A stretch of 45,302 nt of DNA from Octopus bimaculoides (Eukaryota). Each line of letters begins with the position of its first letter. The first letter of the stretch is position 1. This document shows positions 37,080 through 45,302 of this stretch, in pieces. Where the stretch lies: positions 46,695,823-46,741,124 of the forward strand of contig NC_068981.1 of assembly GCF_001194135.2 (NCBI RefSeq). Direction: 5' to 3'. The notes under the pieces were generated by a model that was not told where the DNA came from, did not search any database, and saw only the letters and a list, made by a program, of their open reading frames with translations. A program made the position numbers and the translations under genes.

Positions 37080-38200
37080 AGAAATATTACGTTGGATGTT
37101 CAGCTCGATACTTGAATTGGAATTTATATGATTGAAAATGTCAGTCACATTATCAAAACATTAAAGTTTATAATTTCTATAGCGAGAACAATACCTGACA
37201 ATAGATAAACAGTGAAGAGCTAAAGAATTTACTCCGTTAACTCTTCGGGTTATTTTTCGTAGTCCTAATGCTTAAAATGGAACCGTTCAATCGGGCATCA
37301 GACTTGTAGTAAAAGGAAATACCATTGCTTTTAGAGGCTGGTACTAATTATCCTGAGCAAGAGAAACAAATTGATAGCTGAAGAGGGTTATGCAGTTGAG
37401 TATGCATACAATATTGAAACTACACCTTTCTAGAAGCTAAGCTTTACTGAAACGTTTTTCTCGGAGAGAAAAATCACTACCAGGATATAAAGCCTTCACA
37501 ATTCATCTGAGGCGTCTTCTGCAAGGAAATGCCGCCGGTGATATGAAACTATAGACCTTAGTCATGTACCACTACAAACATCCAAGAGATTTTAAATGTT
37601 GCGCAGATTTTAATTTATTACTGATTTGACATTCAAATTAGAAGGCATGAATGACTAAGAGCTTTTTCGGAGAATGGTCCAATTTTTTCTTGCGCTGAAG
37701 AAATGTACTGTGGCAACATATTTCCAACAAAACATTGCTCCTTTTAGAAAATGAGCAAGCTAACCAGGGAGTTTAAATCAGCTGATAATGTGCAAATAGA
37801 ATTATTCTCAAGAAGACATTTTCTTTAGCTCCGTCAATGAATCAAGTTATATCTAACTTTAAGACATATTAAATGAGAAGTACTTCATAATAACGTATGA
37901 AAGCAATTGGCAGGGAAGATATACTTCCAGTTCGAGGTTTCTGGCAGACGTTCAACATAACAGATCCTATGGATAACACAGACTAATCATGAGATGTAGT
38001 GAAAACCTTGTGTATAAATGGAAAAATATAGGGCCATCTGTGACTTTACGACTTTTCCACAATTACAATATTTACATCAGATTCGGAAAGATTTCTAATA
38101 ACTGCACATGATACAGAGTTTAAAGAAATCATAGAGGGTGATGTGGCTAGTTACTTATGTTCCATAACGAAATTATGGGACATGACCAACTAATATAGTT
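37080..38200 (+). pseudogene. pogo/Tigger-family DDD transposase pseudogene
   Basis: Broken frames give RNITLDVQLD, KLIAEEGYAVEYAYNI-ET, KSLPGYKAF...LLQGNAAGDMKL*TLVMYHYKHPRDFK...I*HSN*KA*MTKSFFGEW, KTLLLLEN and SMNQ-VISNFKTY*MR...VRGFWQTFNITDPMDN. This order follows the Tigger pattern PGFKA..RLT.L...NAAGD.KLKPL.VYH..PRA.K...W.SN.KAWMT..LF.EW...LLLLDN...PMDQGVI..FKAYY.R...FWK.FNI.DA. Many stops and frameshifts; TIRs not found. Confidence 0.85.
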
Positions 38201-40241
38201 TCCATGAAAGCAAGATTAGAATATGGATGAAAATGCGGAAATTCTACAAACACCTTTATATTAACAAGTCTAGGATATTTACCCTCCATGGACAAAAACC
38301 CCTGAGGAGAACAGATGATGATTTAAAACTTCTTAATATAGTGGAGAGGGGGTTATTAACCAAAGGGGTAATAGTCTAAGAGAGTAGTTGTCGTCGGGGA
38401 GAATTGCCCTATGGGGGGGCGGGAAATTGTCCTAAGGAGTAATTTGTCCTGTATGATATTAACAGTAAAGGATATTGCATAAAGTTTGGGAGTTATAGAT
38501 TAAGGATTTTATCAGCAATGTCTTAAAGAATTTGCTGATAGATACCTTAATCGCGAACGTAATGTGAAAATTACAAAAGGAGTTTACACTGAGCTGTAAA
38601 ATGAGATGATAAACCACAAACCCCAATTATGTTGGATAAGTTCTTCGCGCCTCAACTACATGGAGATGGCGATGGGTTATAAGATAGAAGTTAGTGACCC
38701 TCATTCTTTACCTAGCTCTCATTCCATCACTATCTTGTGTACGGCTGCTTCCATGGATAAACTTTTCTACACACAATCCTCCTAGACTCATTCCAAAAAT
38801 GCTATAGCTGTAATTAGCAATGTTTCATTAGCCAACATGCTGCCAACATATTTCAAGAAGATGTGGAATCATTACAATGTCTTGCGCTGTGACAATGGAT
38901 CTATACTTGGCTCTCATTCTATTTCAGTTATATCTAGAGGAAATACATGCCACAGATAATACTATCATCTCTATATTACTCGTTCCCCATTTTAAGCATT
39001 AAGTCCGATGCAGAATCTTTTCACCCCGAAAATGGAGCACCAGAAAATTTCTTAAGCACCCACTTGCTTCCTTCAAATACCAGACAACCTACCGAATATC
39101 AGTCGCATAAATTTCAACAGTCCACCAGGACTTTCTCATTATATTTCCCTTCCTAAGTTATAGAAACAACATTTTTATGTATATATGCGTGTATATATGT
39201 TTGTATGTATGTATGTGTGTATGTATGTATGTATGTATGTATGTATGTATACGATTGTGCGCATGTGTGTACAGTGCGTTTTTATCTCCGTATTTTATTA
39301 CTTACACTTGATCCGTTAACTTGAAAAAGGACATTAATAAATGTGAAAATTACTCAAGTAATACCCAGGCAACTGACCCAAATATCAACAGAATAACCAA
39401 GAGTTTAAACTTCAAACGACACTTGCTAATCTATAAAGAAGTTGAGAATAAAAAGGAAATATAAATGAAAGAATTATACAGATATTGCAGAGAAATGATT
39501 CATTATTTGCATCGGATATATGTTTCTGTATGTAAAGAAATAAAAATATGAATAGATATTAAACTTAGGGAGATATGGAGATATATTTGTATGTCATGAA
39601 TATGCACATATGCATATATACGCACATTCATTCATAAATACATTCATACAACATACATAAATACGTACTTTCTTGTACAGATGTATATATTCTTATTTAT
39701 GGAATGAAATGAAAGATTTTTTTAAAAAAAGGATATAAGAAATTCCGAACTGCGTAGAAACACCGCCCAACATCAACCGATACATCTGTAACTCCATCTC
39801 CCAACGAGCCTAGCTCTTACTGTCCACAATAAATATTTTCTAGTCATTACATCACGTAACTGTATATCTGCAGTAGTCTGGCTATCTATTTTTTTCTTTA
39901 CATGTGTCAACCCGCAAAATTTTAAACTCAATATCAGCCACATTGATCTACAGAACCAACAAGTGACCTATCGAGTGTAATCAAAATCCGACATCATCCA
40001 GACCAAATATTTCCCTTTCAGCAGCCCCACAGTTTATCTAAACCCTGTAAATGAACTCGGAACATTGGGCCTCCAACCAGGCCTTTGGCGATACCTTAAA
40101 GCCAGGAACATTTCAGCAACCCCTCGTACACACACACACACATGTATGTATGTATATATATATATATATATAATATGCGCATTTTATTTGATTGCAGCTC
40201 TGTGTACGTGAAGCAACAGAGTGCATTGTTAAGTGGAATTA

Positions 40242-40932
40242 TTCTTGCATTCTATTGAAAGATTTGATTACCATCAGTTCGATGCTTCGAAGCAGAACCG
40301 TCGCATTAGAATCACGGCTAACTGAGAAATGATATGGCGACGAAGATTCTAAGATTACAGTCAAAGTAGAACCGATGATTTCTCTAAATACGTTTAGCGA
40401 TTTTTCAACGCTAACGATGTTGAGCAAAACTCATGTATGGGAAATGTTTATTTTCTATTTGCATACACGAAAGGTGAACATACATTTTGTCTGAAATATC
40501 GAACGCTCATTGATTTGGACAGATCATATTTGCTCATTAATATGATTATAACATTTTTTGTTTATACGTAAATATCATTATTTTCAATATAATAATACAT
40601 ATTATTGAAATGAACTTTCCATGCTCAAAAACTTACCAAAGTCTTTAGCAGCTTTAGGTTTATAACACAAATATTAAAAAAAACAGCACCTGCTAACAAA
40701 TCACAGTCATAAAGTTCTGAACGTAAAATCCATAATAAATTTATTTTGCCGTTTGTTTGCCAGCTGCACACATCAGAAATATACGTATTATAACAAGATC
40801 GAGCCCCGTCACCAGACTTTTGTGCCTGGAGATACTTCAGAACATCTGTGTGGGCACTGATTTGTAATAACTCTAAAGAGGAGATTCGAATTATGTGCAT
40901 CATTAAAAAGGGGAGGGTACTCTATTGAATAG
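40242..40932 (+). pseudogene. Probable heavily decayed Tc1/mariner transposase remnant
   Basis: Fragments in order: ERFDYHQFDASKQNRRIRITAN (cf. NKQN.RIW..EN), SKITVK (cf. KVTVW), and *QDRAPSPDFCAWRYFRTSVW (QQDGAP.H fused to DF..WGY). It ends MCIIKKG, then GYSIE* after a frameshift. The motifs are short and degenerate. Confidence 0.4.
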
Positions 40933-41268
40933 TGTGGAGTCGGTACCGTTCAGTGCATCCCCTTAGAGGCGAGCATAATAGAATCTCCGTATTATTTAAA
41001 TGTGTTGAATTCGTGATACACTAAATACAAAACTAGAGCTATATTCTTGAAAATAATAAAGAAATTAGTGGTAACGTTGATGTACTTGCCTACGAAGTGT
41101 TTTGATCTAAGACCTTATGCTGAAGATAAAAATAACTACAGCATTAAAGTCACATAGTAACAATTCAAGAGCACACAACTTCAAAATGGTTAGCTTCACT
41201 TAAACATTTTTTTAATTGGCATTAGATTTTTCGTCGTACCAAGTCAGTGACACAGTTCCATAAATCGT

Positions 41269-41636
41269 GGTACTCCGTCGGTTACGACAACGAGGGTTCC
41301 AGTTGATCCGATCAACGGAATAGCCTGCTTATGAAAGTAACGTGCAAGTGTGTGAGCACTCCACAGACACGTGTACCCTTACCGTAGTTCTTGGAGAGAT
41401 TCAACGTGGATCTGTTGTACCTTTAAAATACAGGTACAGCAGAAACAGGAAGAAAGAGTGAGAGAAAGTTGTGGTGAAAGAATACAGCAGTGTTCACCAC
41501 CACCCACTGCCGGAACCTCGTGGATGTCTAGGTGTTCACGCTCAATGATCACTCACAACAACCGGTCTGGGAATCGAAACCTTGATCCTACGACTGCCTG
41601 TCCGCTGCCCTAACTACTGGGCCATTGCGTCTCCAC
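41269..41636 (-). mobile_element. tRNA-derived SINE (H2 head/body + family A tail), near full length
   Basis: Minus strand starts GTGGAGACGCAATGGCCCAGTAGTTAGGGC (A-box), has B-box-like GGTTTCGATTCCC, and ends CCGACGGAGTACC; colinear with 29336. Confidence 0.9.
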
Positions 41637-42016
41637 ATGTTCCATAAATGTTTCAGTAGTCATAATGTTTTAGTAGTCTTTATGCGGTTTTCAATGGCTA
41701 GTATGTATCTTCCACACTGTAATTGCCCATGCTAATTTTATTAGGTTCTCTTTTAGATTCGAAACTTTAAAATATGTTAAAATAAATGTACACGCATCAG
41801 TAAACATGCCTCTAAGAAGCAGGAACACAGACACATTCACGCACAAATGTCACGCTCATGGCGCACAAGACGAAACACGTACGTACACGCGTGCATACAC
41901 ACTCATGAATACACACACATGAATACGTATATTTACATATACATAACTAGCAAAGTCATATTTCCAATGACTGTCTTATCATGTTGCCTTCTAATGCATA
42001 AATTTACACAAGAAAG

Positions 42017-42180
42017 CAGCATTTCGTCCGTCTTTACGTTCTAATCTCAAATGCCACCGAAGTCGGTTTTGCCTTTCATCCTTTCGGGTCCGATAAAATA
42101 AAAGCCAGTTGAGCGGTAGGGTTGATGTAATCGATTTGTCTCTTCATTCGAAATTGCTGGCATTGTGCTAAAATTTAAAA
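42017..42180 (+). mobile_element. Family B SINE, 5'-truncated
   Basis: ATTTCGTCCGTCTTTACGTTCT...TTTGCCTTTCATCCTTTCGGG..GATAAAATAA..CCAGTTGAG...GATGTAATCGA...GAAATTGCTGGC.TTGTGC.AAAATTT.AAAC. Confidence 0.8.
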
Positions 42181-42261
42181 CCGATGCATACTTACCTACA
42201 TACATACATACATACATGCAAACGTTCATACAAGCATACAGACACACCGTTCGGTAGAGGC

Positions 42262-42305
<44 letters not shown>

Positions 42306-42457
42306 GAAGAGAGAGAGGAATGGATACATAAATACATAGACAGACAGACTGACAGACTGACAGACAGACATACAGACTGACATACAGACAGACAGATCGA
42401 CGCAGACGTGGATGTGTGGTAAGAAATTTGCTTCCCAACCAAATATATCCATGTTAA

Positions 42458-42632
42458 AACTTTCCCAGTAATACCTGTTCAGCGATTCCTTCCCGAGATG
42501 TTCTTACCACTTGCCCGTAGCGTCGGAGCTATGTTCTTGCAATGCGAAGAATTAGCTGTTCTGTCTGTAATGCCTTTCTGATATCCGGGCTACGAAATAT
42601 ATCCAGTAACGTGCCTCTCAAAACCTTCCGAT
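42458..42632 (-). mobile_element. RTE-clade LINE ORF fragment (post-RT region)
   Basis: RKVLRGTLLDIFRSPDIRKALQTEQLILRIART*LRRYGQVVRTSREGIAEQVLLGK matches the RTE pattern R.I.G.T..D..RN..IR..L...L..I.R.QLRW.GHV.RM...R...Q.L. Confidence 0.75.
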
Positions 42633-42654
42633 GTACCCCACCACGGCCGCTTCT

Positions 42655-42698
<44 letters not shown>

Positions 42699-42891
42699 CG
42701 CGTGTGTGTGTGTATGTGTATGTGTGTGTGTGTGTGTGTGTGTGGACATTATTTACATTATTTATATCATTTACATTTGACGAATATTTGTGTTCATCTT
42801 GTTTCTTGTTCACACAACGGTCTCGGCTGATATACCCTCCAACCTTCATCGGCTGTGATAGATAGATATAAATATGTTTATGTGTGTGTGT

Positions 42892-42923
<32 letters not shown>

Positions 42924-44381
42924 CTGTGTGTGTGTGTGTGTTCGTGTGCGTGTGTGTTTGTAGTGCATTTAACATATCATTGCGTTTTTATGCTTTTGTT
43001 TAGGCCATCACACACAAGCGCACATTCAAGGAAGCAGGCAGATACACACGCACGCTCATATTTATATATACGTCCATGCATGACTGCTTCTGTCTTATAA
43101 ACGTATATTGTTGTACGTTTGTCTTTAATACAATGGGAAGCGAATGTCCTGTCATATTCTACGAGAAGGAAGAAATATATATATTCAAAAATGTATTCAT
43201 ATATTCATCGTTGGTCAATGATCTTTGATGACCGTTTCCAGCAAGGCTTACTGACGTCTACTGTGGTCCAGCCCAGTAGCTGGAACTATTACAATAATAA
43301 AGCGTCAGAATTTCTGATTAGATTTAGAAAAAATAAAAACAAACAAACAAAGGAAAGCATATAAAAGTAAGGTGAAAGAAACTAGTCATAAGACGTGAAG
43401 TAAGATATGCTCACAGACATACACATGGAGAGAGAAGGGAGAGAGAGAACAATAAAGAGATATACACACTCAAAGAGAGAAAGAAAAAAGAAAGTAAAAG
43501 AAACACAATACACAAACACACAAGGAGAGGGAAGAGAGAGAAAGAAAAAAGGAAACAGAAAGAAATATAGATACACACACATAGATAGATAGTTAGAGAG
43601 CAAGAGAGTGAGAGAGAGAGAGAGCGAGAGAGAGAGAGGGGGGGGAGAAATAAATGCGTACACTATACGCGCACACAAACATATGGACAGAAAATAAGTG
43701 AATGAGGGAGAGCAAGATATTAAATAAATAAAAGGAAGAAAGACATACAGAAAAATATAAGTGAAAGAAACAAATGAACTGTTTTCAGGCGAATGTAAAA
43801 ATCCAAGAATAAACTGCTGCCACTGACTCACTTGATGTGAAATACTTCTAAATATGCTCTTATGGCAACAAAGGATATAAATAAGAACAGACGAGAAATT
43901 ATTCTAAGACAAAAACAGTTAAAAAAAAGAAACTCAGTAAAATACAGCTCTTTCTAAGATTTATGAAAGTATACCACTTACAGCTTCTGAGATGTTTGTC
44001 GGTCTGTATGTTCTGTTTCCCGTTCTTTCATGGGACGTATAGTTGTGTTCAATTGACTTATGATTATGTGTATGTATGATTGATGTTGTATATGTATGTA
44101 CGTACGTATGTATGTATGTATGTATGTATGTATGTATGTATGTATGTATGTACGTATGCGTGCATGCATGCATTTATGTATGGATGCATGCATGTATGCA
44201 TTTATGCATGCTAGCATGCATGTAAGTTTGTATGTAGGTATGTATGTATGAATGTATGTACGTATGTATGTTTGCATGAATGTATGCATATATTTGTATG
44301 TATGTCTGTAATTGTTCTGTTTTATTTCAAAACTTCTGAACAATGATATACATATGTATGTATGTATGATGTATGTATATG

Positions 44382-44414
<33 letters not shown>

Positions 44415-44764
44415 ATGTGTGTGTGAGTGTTTGTGTGTGTGTGTGTGTGTNNNNNNNNNNNNNNNNNNNNNNNNNNNNNNNNNNNNNNNNNNNNNNNNNN
44501 NNNNNNNNNNNNNNNNNNNNNNNNNNNNNNNNNNNNNNNNNNNNNNNNNNNNNNNNNNNNNNNNNNNNNNNNNNNNNNNNNNNNNNNNNNNNNNNNNNNN
44601 NNNNNNNNNNNNNNNNNNNNNNNNNNNNNNNNNNNNNNNNNNNNNNNNNNNNNNNNNNNNNNNNNNNNNNNNNNNNNNNNNNNNNNNNNNNNNNNNNNNN
44701 NNNNNNNNNNNNNNNNNNNNNNNNNNNNNNNNNNNNNNNNNNNNNNNNNNNNNNNNNNNNNNNN

Positions 44765-44797
<33 letters not shown>

Positions 44798-44891
44798 CAC
44801 ATATGCATATGTATATGTATATAAGAATATATATATATATATATATATACATACACACACACACACTCATATATATATTATTTCTACATAC

Positions 44892-44937
<46 letters not shown>

Positions 44938-45265
44938 CTGTGTGATTTATGAAGTGCCAAAATGATATATAACAGTGATACAAACTATATAGGAAGGTAG
45001 GGAGGAGAAGGAAGAGGAGGACCAGTGACAGACATGACAACAACGTAATGCTTAACACGTCATTTAATGATCTATGAATAACATTAAAGAAGCATTAACA
45101 GTAGATTAAAGGCTCATAACTCAAAAATATACTTGCTATAATTTCATGTTTTTAGTTTTTATTCATCGTGGCGGTATTTAAACACAAAAGTTATATATAT
45201 TCCTGAACACGCCAACATATGCGAATGGGCCTTGAAGTTAGACTTTCGTTTGCTCTCTGTGCGCA

Positions 45266-45302
<37 letters not shown>

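Noticed and set aside
38780-39130. Possible LINE RT C-terminal remnant (FQEDVESLQ)
   Set aside because: There is no YADD-type motif or other ordered blocks to support it.
43240-43290. Possible 28-34 nt minus-strand micro-exon with a GTAAGC donor
   Set aside because: It is too short to distinguish from chance splice-like motifs.

Overview
AT-rich, microsatellite-saturated eukaryotic genomic DNA from a fragmented short-read assembly, with 12 N-gaps that mostly abut simple repeats. The SINE repertoire and repeat landscape resemble a coleoid cephalopod, most likely Octopus; this is an inference from my recognition of the repeats. No intact protein-coding gene is visible, and nearly all ORFs in the supplied track are artefacts of N-runs or simple repeats. 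The window is mainly decayed transposable elements: two near-identical Helitrons in inverted orientation (4885-6285 minus; ~17689-19182 plus) retaining the PIF1 helicase C-terminus and canonical hairpin-CTAG ends; an internally deleted FLYWCH-MULE (Phantom-like) transposase; an internally deleted maT/DD37D-type mariner with degenerate TIRs; a decayed pogo/Tigger transposase; a probable further Tc1/mariner remnant; 3' fragments of CR1-type and RTE-type LINEs; and more than 12 tRNA-derived SINE copies with apparently interchangeable head, body and tail modules. One SINE tail is shared with the CR1 LINE 3' end. One candidate host-gene terminal exon lies at 30214-30362 (minus). Several foldback inverted repeats could form dsRNA if transcribed. 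I found no convincing novel biological system. The most worthwhile leads are the inverted young Helitron pair, the SINE/LINE tail pairing and modular SINEs, the 68-bp foldback, and the orphan exon candidate. All translations and alignments were done by eye.
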